Source: Candidatus Eiseniibacteriota bacterium
GTDB taxonomy: Bacteria > Orphanbacterota > Orphanbacteria > Orphanbacterales > Orphanbacteraceae
NCBI GenBank assembly: GCA_043809585.1
Contig: JBDROZ010000044.1
Location: forward strand, 1-58,516
Length of the DNA: 58,516 nucleotides
Direction of reading: 5' to 3'
Part shown: piece by piece, positions 27,413 to 40,252 of the stretch
Numbering within the stretch: position 1 is the first letter of the stretch
Layout: each line of letters starts with the position of its first letter
Notes under the pieces: model-generated
The model's input: only the letters and a program-made list of their open reading frames with translations
Told to the model about the DNA's origin: nothing
Databases searched by the model: none
Translations under genes and position numbers: made by a program

Positions 27413-29729
27413 GATCGGCGGATTTCTCGCGACGCTCATGGAGCGGCGGCGCTTCCGCAATCGGATCGTCCACGTCGAGGAGATCCCCGCCCGGGAGGCG
27501 CGCTGGGCGGATCCGAAGATCCTGCTCACCGACGCGATGCGGAGGGCCCTCGCCGCGACCGGCGTGGAGCGCCTCTACTCCCATCAGGGGGAGGCGATCG
27601 AGGCGGCCCGCCGGGGCGAGCACGTCGTGATCGTGACCGGAACGGCGAGCGGGAAGACCCTCTGCTACAACATCCCGGTCCTCGAGGCGCTGCTCGAGGG
27701 GAAGGGAACAGCGCTCTATCTCTTTCCGACGAAGGCCCTCGCCCAGGACCAGCTCCGGGGCCTCAACCGGCTCGCCGACGCCGATCCCCGCCTCGCCGCG
27801 GAGCTGGTCGCCGGGACCTACGACGGCGACACGAGCCGGTACGGGCGGCGAAAACTCCGGGACCGGGGGAACGCCATCCTGTCCAACCCGGACATGCTTC
27901 ACGCGGGAATCCTCCCGAATCACTCCGCCTGGAGCCGTTTCTTCTCCGGGCTTCGCTTCGTGGTGCTCGACGAGATCCACGCGTACCGGGGGATCTTCGG
28001 GTCGAACGTGGGGAACGTGATCCGCCGCCTCCGGCGGGTGGCGGCCCACTATGGCGCCGATCCGACCTTCCTCTGCTGTTCGGCGACCATCGCGAACCCG
28101 GACGAACTCGCCGGCGCGCTGATCGCAGGCGAGGTCCGGGTGGTCGACCGGGACGGATCCCCCCGGGGCCCGAAGCGCTTCGTCCTCTGGAATCCGCCGG
28201 TGGTCGGAGAAGGGGACGTGGAGCGGCGGAGCTCGAACGTGGAGGGGAAGGACCTGTTGGTGCATCTGGTGCGGGAGGGGGTGCCGACGATCCTCTTCAC
28301 GCGCGCCCGGGTGACGGCGGAACTCGTCTACCGGTACGCCCGGGAAGAGCTGGAGAAGAGGGAGCGGCGCCTCGCGGACCGGGTCGCCGTCTACCGGGGG
28401 GGGTATCTGCCGGAGGAGCGCCGGGAGATCGAACGGCGCCTCTTCTCGGGGGAGCTCCTCGGCGTGTCGAGCACGAACGCCCTGGAGCTCGGCATCGACG
28501 TGGGGAGTCTCGGCGCTTCGATCCTCGTCGGCTTTCCGGGGACCATCGCGAGCACCTGGCAGCAGTCGGGCCGGGCCGGGCGAACCGAGGAGGAATCGCT
28601 CAGCGTCCTCGTCGCGTACAACGACCCGATCGACCAGTACCTGATCCGGAACCCGGGCTATTTCTTCGGGCGGAGCCCGGAGCACGCGATCGTGGACCCC
28701 GGAAACCCGTACATCCTGGAACGTCATCTCCGGTGCGCGGCCCACGAGCTTCCCCTCGAGGAGGGAAACGAGGCGCTCTTCGGCGACCTGTGGCCGGAGA
28801 TCGCCGAGGCATTGGAGGACCACGGGAATCTGACGCGGGTGGAGGACCGCTACTACTGGGCCCTCACCGACTATCCGGCCGCGGAGGTGTCGCTCCGGAA
28901 CATGTCGGACGCGACCTTCACGATTCTGGAGAGGGTCCCGGAGGAGAAGGAGCCCCGCACCATAGGAAACGTCGACGCCGTCAGCGCCCCCGAGCTTCTC
29001 TATCCCGAGGCGATCTACCTTCACGAGGGGGAGACCTACTTTGTCCGGGAACTCGACATGGAGCAGCGCGTCGCGTACGTGGAGCGCCGGGAGGTCGACT
29101 ACTACACCCAGGCGATCGTGGACTCCACGATCCGTCTCGGCGAGGTCCGGGAGAAGGGGGCCCTCCCCGGGGCCGAGACGATCCTCGCCGAGGCGACGGT
29201 CACCTGGATGACCACGGCGTTCAAGAAGATCAAGTTCTACGGACAGGATTCGATCGGATGGGGAAAGCTCGATCTGCCCCCACAAAGTCTCGAGACCGTG
29301 ACGCTGGGGATCGCGCCGGACGTCGAGACGACGGACACCCTCGGCCGGTTCGCCCTGAAGATCGCCGAGGGGCTCGCGGGCGTCCGGAATCTGCTTCTCG
29401 TGGTCCTTCCCCTGCACTCCATGTGCGACCCGAGCAACCTGGGGGGCGTGGTGGAGAGCTCGAACCTCGGCCGGCCGGCGGTCTTCATCTACGACCGATT
29501 CCCGGGCGGGCTCGGGCTGTCGGAGAAGGGCTTCGACACGGCGGCGGAGGTTCTCGCCGCCGCCCTCGAGCTGATCCGCTCCTGCCCCTGTCCGGACGGG
29601 TGCCCTTCCTGCGTCGGCCAGCCCCGGCCCCCCCTCCTCCATCACGATCCCGAACTGATGCGCGGCTACCCGATTCCGAACAAGGCGGCGGCGGAAAAGC
29701 TGCTCGAAATCTGGACGCGGGGGGATTAA
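27402..29729 (+). CDS. mrfA: MrfA/YprA/Hrq1-family SF2 helicase with C-terminal DUF1998 Cys cluster
   Basis: LYSHQ, TGTASGKT, PTKALAQDQ, DEIH, SATIANP, ALELGIDVG, QQSGRAGR, MCD...IYD.FPGG.G...CPCPDGCPSC; start TTG 27402 or ATG 27438. Confidence 0.92.
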   Translation: MTSKIGGFLATLMERRRFRNRIVHVEEIPAREARWADPKILLTDAMRRALAATGVERLYSHQGEAIEAARRGEHVVIVTGTASGKTLCYNIPVLEALLEGKGTALYLFPTKALAQDQLRGLNRLADADPRLAAELVAGTYDGDTSRYGRRKLRDRGNAILSNPDMLHAGILPNHSAWSRFFSGLRFVVLDEIHAYRGIFGSNVGNVIRRLRRVAAHYGADPTFLCCSATIANPDELAGALIAGEVRVVDRDGSPRGPKRFVLWNPPVVGEGDVERRSSNVEGKDLLVHLVREGVPTILFTRARVTAELVYRYAREELEKRERRLADRVAVYRGGYLPEERREIERRLFSGELLGVSSTNALELGIDVGSLGASILVGFPGTIASTWQQSGRAGRTEEESLSVLVAYNDPIDQYLIRNPGYFFGRSPEHAIVDPGNPYILERHLRCAAHELPLEEGNEALFGDLWPEIAEALEDHGNLTRVEDRYYWALTDYPAAEVSLRNMSDATFTILERVPEEKEPRTIGNVDAVSAPELLYPEAIYLHEGETYFVRELDMEQRVAYVERREVDYYTQAIVDSTIRLGEVREKGALPGAETILAEATVTWMTTAFKKIKFYGQDSIGWGKLDLPPQSLETVTLGIAPDVETTDTLGRFALKIAEGLAGVRNLLLVVLPLHSMCDPSNLGGVVESSNLGRPAVFIYDRFPGGLGLSEKGFDTAAEVLAAALELIRSCPCPDGCPSCVGQPRPPLLHHDPELMRGYPIPNKAAAEKLLEIWTRGD

Positions 29730-29806
29730 ACGCAGGGAGGGGGGGACCGGTTCCACACGAGCCCTTCGATACGGACCTTCGGTCCTACTCAGGACGAACG
29801 GGGGGG

Positions 29807-30060
29807 CATGATTCCGGCGGGGCGGCGGATCGGAGGAGGGAGGGGATCGGGGCGGACTGGGACGCTCGTCGTGCGGCGGGAGAGCACCCTCCCATTCTCC
29901 GGGCGCGCGTAATCTGCGGTGCGCAGATCTTCCATGAGTTGCCCGGTTATGCCCCGGCCCCTCCCGATGCCGATTCCCCGTCCCGCCGTCCTCCGGACGG
30001 ATGCTGCTGACGAGCACAACTGATTCGGCGTGCAGAAGAGAAGTCCGAGGAAGATGGGTC
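29807..30060 (+). ncRNA. Unrecognised structured RNA-like element, copy B
   Basis: Homologous to 19545-19840; sits in the mrfA-mrfB intergenic region. Confidence 0.6.
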
Positions 30061-30198
30061 CTTCGGACGATCCGGCGCCCGGAGAAGAGTCCGGCCTCCC
30101 TTTCCCCCTTGCCCGGCGGCCCGGGATGGCCTAATCTACCGGGCAAAGGTCCCCGTTCCGGCTTCGCGCCTTCGCCGCCGAGGAAGTTCGAGAGCCCC

Positions 30199-32468
<2,270 letters not shown>

Positions 32469-32557
32469 CGAAGGAAGCCGGAACCGGAGGCGAGGAGAAG
32501 GACGAAACGCGTCCCACCGGATCTCATCGAGCCGGACATCAAGCCTCGGGTCCCTAG

Positions 32558-32732
32558 CCTGGATTATGCATGAATCTCCGTCGCGAGGGCTCGGATCGCC
32601 TGCCGAGAAGCTGACTTGGACGAGCCGTCACCGGAGGTGTAGTCATGCACTACATCGAGGAGGCGGCGCAGGAAAGGAGGCTTCGCAGACGGCGATCCGA
32701 GATCACAGTAGGAGATTTGTGCATAATCCAGG
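32558..32732. mobile_element. MITE (175 bp) with ~22-bp terminal inverted repeats and CTAG target duplication
   Basis: CTAG|CCTGGATTATGCATGAATCTCC ... GGAGATTTGTGCATAATCCAGG|CTAG; internal nested palindromes; no ORF. Confidence 0.75.
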
Positions 32733-32756
32733 CTAGGGATAGAAGATGCCGAAGCG

Positions 32757-32797
32757 AAGGCGGGCGGGGACCCAATCGTTCCCGCCCGTTTCATTTC
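32757..32797. terminator. Hairpin terminator between guaB and the convergent gene
   Basis: GCGGGCGGGGA-cccaatcg-TTCCCGCCCGT followed by TTCATTT. Confidence 0.6.
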
Positions 32798-32803
32798 GCC
32801 CGA

Positions 32804-33463
32804 TTATCGGAGGGCGGCGGAGAGGAAGATGGTGAGGCCCGTGAGGTCGATGTCGGGGGTGCCGAGGCCCCGTTCGTCGTTGATCGCGACGAAGGCGATG
32901 CGCCCCTTCACGCCAAGTCCGGCCCGGCCGAGGAAGAAAGGGACTTCGTAAGCGGCGAAAACGGAGAGCGCCGGTCCCTGGCCGTCCCGCTCTCCCTCCT
33001 CGCCGGATAAGCGGAACCAGGCCGGGGTTCCCAGTTCCTCGGGGGCGTCGACGGAGACTTTCAGATAATAGTAGTGGGCCAAGGCGCCCCACATCCAGCC
33101 CCGCCCGGCGTCCCCCGGATCCCGCCGCGCGAAACCGACGCTGAAGGGGAAGGCGATCGCCTGGATCCGGCCCTTCGCCCCTTCGGCCTGAAACGGGATG
33201 TCGTCGTCCCTCTCGGTCCGCCGGGACCAAAAGATACCGAAGCCGGCGAGAACGCTCGTCTTCTTCGAGTCCCGGAAGGTGAGCAGATAGTCTCCGTCGT
33301 ATCCCGGTGAGAGGTCGTCCGCCCGGAGGTCGGCCGCCGTTCTATCGAAACCTCCCGTGTCGAAAAAGGTGAGCCCGTTCAAGAAGAGACTGTTCACGCC
33401 GGCGCCGGAAAGGGAGGGCGTGAGGCAAAGAAGCGTCGCGAGAAGAAACGCCCGGATCATCAT
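32804..33463 (-). CDS. Exported hypothetical protein, probable small outer-membrane beta-barrel
   Basis: Signal peptide MMIRAFLLATLLCLTPSLSGA; alternating hydrophobic strands; ends LTGLTIFLSAALR. Confidence 0.6.
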   Translation of the reverse strand: MMIRAFLLATLLCLTPSLSGAGVNSLFLNGLTFFDTGGFDRTAADLRADDLSPGYDGDYLLTFRDSKKTSVLAGFGIFWSRRTERDDDIPFQAEGAKGRIQAIAFPFSVGFARRDPGDAGRGWMWGALAHYYYLKVSVDAPEELGTPAWFRLSGEEGERDGQGPALSVFAAYEVPFFLGRAGLGVKGRIAFVAINDERGLGTPDIDLTGLTIFLSAALR

Positions 33464-33586
33464 GGTAAGGAGAGTACCACACACGTGGAGATCGGCCAAC
33501 GACCGGACGGGGCGCCGCGTCAAGCCGAACCGATCCCGACGAACTTGAAGGATCAAGCGAAATCGGTTTGTCCACTCCGCTTCCTC

Positions 33587-33615
33587 TTGACACGTTTTTG
33601 CACCGGTGATACGCT
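33587..33615 (+). promoter_or_regulatory. Sigma70 promoter of 6S RNA
   Basis: TTGACA-N17-TACGCT with extended TG. Confidence 0.7.
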
Positions 33616-33640
33616 TACATCAGAGTCAAGTCAGGGAATG

Positions 33641-33821
33641 AAATCCCTGCCCGGATCCGATCCGGTCACACTCATGATGAGCCAACAGTACCCGAAGGGG
33701 AACCTAACTTCGACCGGGTAGAGCCGCCGCTTGTTCGGACGACTTGAGCCGGTCGGGAGGGTGCCCACCTGGATGATGTCGGGTCAATCATGAGGCGGGC
33801 GGTCGACCGTGGCGGGGATTT
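33641..33821 (+). ncRNA. ssrS: 6S RNA
   Basis: 181 nt; terminal stem AAATCCCTGCC/GGCGGGGATTT; 6S-like motifs GAGCCAACA...GGGGAACC and GGGTGCCCACCTG...CGGGTCAA; own promoter and T tract. Confidence 0.85.
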
Positions 33822-34008
33822 TTTGTTCGTTCTTCTTCCCGGACCTTCGGGGTCTTCGTGTCCTCTGCGGTCTCTTCTCCATTTCCGGAAACACGGAGCT
33901 TCCGGAAATACGCCGCGGAGGAGACGACCATCAGGAAGGTCCGAGGGCCGATAATGAATCGCCCGCCGGCCCGGCCGGGGGGCGTCGACGTTCCATCGTG
34001 CTTCCCGG

Positions 34009-34776
34009 CTACCCCTGTCCCACCCGGTCCACGTCAAGATCGGGCCACGCCTTCGGGTCGAGGGCGTGGAGCGCCTCGAGGGTGCGGCGCACCCGTCCCC
34101 GGTTTTCGTCGGAACCGTTCCTCTGGTAGTCGAGATAGGAGTCGAGGAGCTCGTCCTGAAGGAACTTCGCCCGCGACCGGCGTTCCCGCTCCTCCATGTT
34201 CTCGTACAGAAGCCGTATGTCCCTGTCGCCGATCGGCTCCACGAGACCGAGGAACTCTCCGCGCATGTGGGACAGAATCCGCCGGTACTTCTCGAAGTCG
34301 TACGAGAGCTTCGCGAGCACCTCGCTCACCGGCCGGTATCGCGGCGGAATCCGGTCGGCGAGAGAGCTTGCGAGGCGATAGTACGTGCTCCCCCGCTCGT
34401 TGGCCGCCGCCCGGGCCAGTTTCGTTACCTGGTCCTCCCGCGGAACCTGAAAGAGGCCGCTCTGGAGGAGGACGAAATCGCCGTTGACACGGTAGATCTC
34501 GTGCTTCACGTACAGGTTGTCCGTCTGTTCCATGATCTCGGCCAGGTCGATTTCCCGGGGCGCCACGTACCGGGACGTCACCTCGTGGAACCGATCGCTG
34601 ACGACCGAGTTCAGGAGGAGCGCCAGGTAGACGTTCACGTCCTCGTCGAAAAAGTCCCGATTCGACTCCTGGGCGATCGCGATCCGCGACTGCAGGAGCG
34701 AGTCCATCATGTAACAGAAAGACGGTTCGTGGGTCCCTCGTTTTGCGAGCGCACTGGTGTATTTCCCGAGTTTCAT
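34009..34776 (-). CDS. Conserved hypothetical alpha-helical protein (255 aa)
   Basis: GAGG RBS; DEDVNVYLALLL, NGDFVLLQSGLF, GSTYYRLA, VLAKLSYDFEKYRRIL; normal coding pattern. Confidence 0.75.
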   Translation of the reverse strand: MKLGKYTSALAKRGTHEPSFCYMMDSLLQSRIAIAQESNRDFFDEDVNVYLALLLNSVVSDRFHEVTSRYVAPREIDLAEIMEQTDNLYVKHEIYRVNGDFVLLQSGLFQVPREDQVTKLARAAANERGSTYYRLASSLADRIPPRYRPVSEVLAKLSYDFEKYRRILSHMRGEFLGLVEPIGDRDIRLLYENMEERERRSRAKFLQDELLDSYLDYQRNGSDENRGRVRRTLEALHALDPKAWPDLDVDRVGQG

Positions 34777-34810
34777 GCTGAACCTCGAGGGAAGAGCGAT
34801 GTCTGGAAAT

Positions 34811-34826
34811 CGCACGAACCGTGCCA
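34811..34826 (-). promoter_or_regulatory. Sigma54 (-24/-12) promoter
   Basis: Minus strand TGGCACG-GTTC-GTGCG, GG-N10-GC, 35 nt upstream of ATG 34776. Confidence 0.6.
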
Positions 34827-35018
34827 GGGAACGCACAGGGGACGACGGGGATAACACGATAAGAATCAATGGCATGAGGGGTCTGTTCAGGGATTGGACA
34901 GCGGGCGGCTCCCCGTCGCGCCCTCTTTTGCAACGGGCCGTTGCGAGGAGCCATGCCCCGGGGTAAACTGGAGAACCGCCGCGCGCCGGCGGGAGAACGG
35001 GGAGGAGAGGGAGGGCAC

Positions 35019-35822
35019 ATGCAGGCCGGATACCTTCAGTTCGAGCCGGTTTTCGGGAAGCCGGAAGAGAACCTGGAGGCGATCGAGAGAATCGCCTTGG
35101 GGCACGCCGCGGGCGCGGACCTGCTCGTGATCCCCGAACTCGCCACCACCGGCTACCTCTTTCTCTCCAAGGAAGAAGCCCTTTCCCTCGCCGAGGCTTT
35201 TTCGGGGGGGGCGACGGAACGGTGCCTCTCCAAGATCGCCCGGGAGCTCGACGCAGTGGTCGTCGGCGGATTCGCCGAGCGGTCGGGGGATCTCCTCTAC
35301 AACTCGTGCGCCCTCGTTCGCCCGGACGGCACATCCCACGTCTACCGGAAGGCCCAGCTTTTCATGAACGAGAAGGACATCTTCACGCCGGGCGACACGC
35401 CCCTCGAGCCGGTCCGGGGGGCGGGGACCGATCTCGGCCTCATGATCTGCTTCGATTGGTACTACCCCGAGGTGATGCGGGTCCTCGCCCTCGGAGGCGC
35501 GAAGGTATTCTGTCACCCGTCGAATCTCGTGCTGCCCCACTGCCCGGAGTCGATGCGAACCCGGTGCCTCGAGAACCGGGTGTTCGCGATCACGGCGAAC
35601 CGCGTCGGCGCCGACGTGCGTGGCGAAAGCGGCCTCTCCTTCATCGGCATGAGCCAGGTGATCGCGCCGGACGGGCGGGTGCTCCTCAGGGCCCCCTCGA
35701 ACGGAACCCACGTGGGAATCGTCGAGATCGATCCCTCCCTCGCCGAAAACAAGGACATCACGCCCCGCAACCGCTGGACCGACGACCGGCGCTCCGACCT
35801 CTTCAGGCGACTTGCCGATTAA
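35019..35822 (+). CDS. Carbon-nitrogen hydrolase (nitrilase superfamily)
   Basis: Catalytic triad motifs PELATTGY, YRK, ICFDWYYPE; RCLENRVFAITANRVG. Confidence 0.92.
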   Translation: MQAGYLQFEPVFGKPEENLEAIERIALGHAAGADLLVIPELATTGYLFLSKEEALSLAEAFSGGATERCLSKIARELDAVVVGGFAERSGDLLYNSCALVRPDGTSHVYRKAQLFMNEKDIFTPGDTPLEPVRGAGTDLGLMICFDWYYPEVMRVLALGGAKVFCHPSNLVLPHCPESMRTRCLENRVFAITANRVGADVRGESGLSFIGMSQVIAPDGRVLLRAPSNGTHVGIVEIDPSLAENKDITPRNRWTDDRRSDLFRRLAD

Positions 35823-36010
35823 CCTCGATTCTTCATAGAACCTCGGCCCAAAACGCTGACGCTCGCATGATCGCACGCCATCTGCGACAGGGCGCGGCAT
35901 TCACCAATGCTCACATATCGTTGGATATGCTCTGCTTGGTGAATGCTGCGCGCTGCCGCATCTGACGCACTCTCACGCGGTTGCTCTCGAGATTTTATGA
36001 AGAATCAAGG
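35823..36010. mobile_element. MITE (188 bp) with 23-bp TIRs and TTAA target duplication
   Basis: TTAA|CCTCGATTCTTCATAGAACCTCG ... CGAGATTTTATGAAGAATCAAGG|TTAA (20/23); internal hairpin GCGCGGCATTCACCAA/TTGGTGAATGCTGCGC; lower GC. Confidence 0.8.
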
Positions 36011-36814
36011 TTAATGCTTCCGGGTCAGTTCTGCCATTCTTTCCGGTTCGAGGTCTTCTTCTTTCTTTCCCGCCTGGAGGATCTTGGTGATGCGGTCGAC
36101 CATCTCCCTGTCGTCCGCGCAAGGCTGGAGGGTCCCGCGGTTCGCCACCGAGATGGTGCCCGTCTCCTCGGAGACGATGACGACGATGGCGTCCGTCTCC
36201 TCGGCGAGCCCGAGGGCGGCCCGGTGCCGGGTGCCGAGAGTGATGCCCGCCGACCGGTCCTGGGAGAGGGGAAGGATGCAGCCCGCCGCCACGAGGATGG
36301 TGTCCCGGACGACCACCGCGCCGTCGTGCAGGGGCGAGTAGTTCGTGAAAATCGTGACGATCAGCTCCGCCGAGAGCTTCGCGTCCACCCGGTGCCCCGA
36401 CTCGACGATGTTCCGGAGCGAGGCGTCTCGGGAGATGACGATGAGCCCGCCGATCCGTTTCCGCGACATCACCCGCACGCCCTTGGCGATCTCCTCGAGG
36501 GCTTCCGTCGCCTGGATCGGGAGGAACATCCGGAAAAGACGGGAATGCCCCGTCTGGGAAAGGGCGCGCCGGAGCTCCGGCTGGAAGAGGATCACGAAGG
36601 CGACGAGCCAGACCGTCTTCAGGCTGGAGAAGATCCGGTTCAGCCCGGTGAGCTGGAAGGTCTCGGCGAGGGCCGAAGCGAGATAGATGAGGGCGAGCCC
36701 CAAGATCATCTGGGAGGCCCGCGTGCCTTTCACGACGAGGAGGAGCCGGTAGAGGAGGAACCAGACGATCGCGAAGTCGATCAGATCGTAGATCCGGAAT
36801 TGGAGATGCTCCAT
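36011..36814 (-). CDS. dacA: Diadenylate cyclase CdaA/DacA
   Basis: 3 N-terminal TMs, FQPELRRAL, SPLHDGAVV, GTRHRAALG, VSEETG. Confidence 0.95.
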   Translation of the reverse strand: MEHLQFRIYDLIDFAIVWFLLYRLLLVVKGTRASQMILGLALIYLASALAETFQLTGLNRIFSSLKTVWLVAFVILFQPELRRALSQTGHSRLFRMFLPIQATEALEEIAKGVRVMSRKRIGGLIVISRDASLRNIVESGHRVDAKLSAELIVTIFTNYSPLHDGAVVVRDTILVAAGCILPLSQDRSAGITLGTRHRAALGLAEETDAIVVIVSEETGTISVANRGTLQPCADDREMVDRITKILQAGKKEEDLEPERMAELTRKH

Positions 36815-36826
36815 CGCTTTTCTCCG

Positions 36827-37855
36827 TCAGGCGCCTTCGATCGCCTCCGCCGTCCTCACGGCCCGCGAGACGGCCCGCACGTCGTGGATCCGGAGAATAT
36901 CCGCCCCGTGAAGGACCGCGGAGACGGACGCTCCGATCGTCCCCTCGAGACGTTCTTCCACCGGGAGGCCGAGGATCGCCCCGAGGAATGACTTCCGAGA
37001 AGGCCCCACCAGTATAGGAAATCCGAGGGAGCGGATCTCGAAAAGTCGACGGAGGAGCCGGAGATTGTCTTCGACCCTCTTCCCGAACCCGATGCCGGGA
37101 TCGACGGCGATCTTCTCTTCCGCCACGCCCGCCCCGAGGGCGATCTCCGCCGAACGGGCAAGCTCATCATACACTTCCGCCACCGGGTCGCGGTAGCGCG
37201 GGTTTTCCTGCATGTCCGCCGGGGTCCCCCGGATGTGGCCGATGACGAGACCGCACCCCGTCTCGGCGGCGACTCGGGCGAGCTCGGGATCGTGGGTGAG
37301 GCCGGTCACGTCGTTGATCACCGCCGCCCCCGCCTCCGCCGCGGCCCGCGCCACCACGCCCTTCCTGGTGTCGATGGAAAGGGGCTTCTCGATCTTCCCG
37401 GCGAGGGCGCGGATGACGGGCACCGCCCGCCGGATCTCCTCGTCCGGGGGCACTTCCGCCGCGCCGGGCCGGGTCGACTCGCCCCCCACGTCGACGAGGT
37501 CCGCCCCCTCCCGGACGAGGGCGAGGCCCCATTCCACCGCCGCCCCTTCATCGGCGAATCGGCCGCCGTCGGAGAAAGAGTTGGGCGTCACGTTGAGAAC
37601 GCCCATGAAGATGGTGCCGCTCCGCGCCGCGGGAATCCCCCATGCCCTGAGCCATGAAGCGCGGTCCGGTCCGCGGAGGGCCCGGCCGAGCCAAGGTCCG
37701 AGTTCATGGAAGGGGGGGAGTGTCGAAAGGGTCTCGAGTTCGGCGGGAGAGACGTCGAAGGTGAAGTTCCCTTCTCCTCCCTCGAAAGAGGGGATTCCCC
37801 GGGAGAGAAGCAGTCGCGCGAGGGCTTCCGTGGAGGAGGCTTCGAGGCCGGACAA
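36827..37855 (-). CDS. folP: Dihydropteroate synthase
   Basis: MGVLNVTPNSFSDGG, DVGGESTRPGA, SIDT, INDV, DPGIGFGK, SRKSF, RIHDV; start uncertain. Confidence 0.95.
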   Translation of the reverse strand: MSGLEASSTEALARLLLSRGIPSFEGGEGNFTFDVSPAELETLSTLPPFHELGPWLGRALRGPDRASWLRAWGIPAARSGTIFMGVLNVTPNSFSDGGRFADEGAAVEWGLALVREGADLVDVGGESTRPGAAEVPPDEEIRRAVPVIRALAGKIEKPLSIDTRKGVVARAAAEAGAAVINDVTGLTHDPELARVAAETGCGLVIGHIRGTPADMQENPRYRDPVAEVYDELARSAEIALGAGVAEEKIAVDPGIGFGKRVEDNLRLLRRLFEIRSLGFPILVGPSRKSFLGAILGLPVEERLEGTIGASVSAVLHGADILRIHDVRAVSRAVRTAEAIEGA

Positions 37856-37940
37856 GATCCAATGGTCGACGGGGGTCCCGTGCGCGATCCGAGGGGAGTC
37901 GATTCCGCGGCGGGTTCGTCGTATGCGGATGGCGGCTCTC

Positions 37941-40121
<2,181 letters not shown>

Positions 40122-40252
40122 TCTCTCAGTCCCGAGTCGTTTCCGTTTTCAAGGTCCGGGCGGCGGAGGAACGGACGTCCCCGCGCCTGGTCGAAATCTG
40201 CCGCGCGGAGGCGGCTACGAGCGGCCTGCCAAGGCCGGATGAGGGCTCGTCT

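Noticed and set aside
29928-29936. TCTTCCATG in the copy B cassette is complementary to the mrfB start (CATGGAAGA)
   Set aside because: Only 9 nt, and copy A has no equivalent match to its downstream gene; chance cannot be excluded
32551-32739. 190-nt rod as a second 6S RNA
   Set aside because: It lacks the 6S motifs and a promoter, and has TIRs and a target duplication shared with the 35823 element; 33641-33821 fits 6S better
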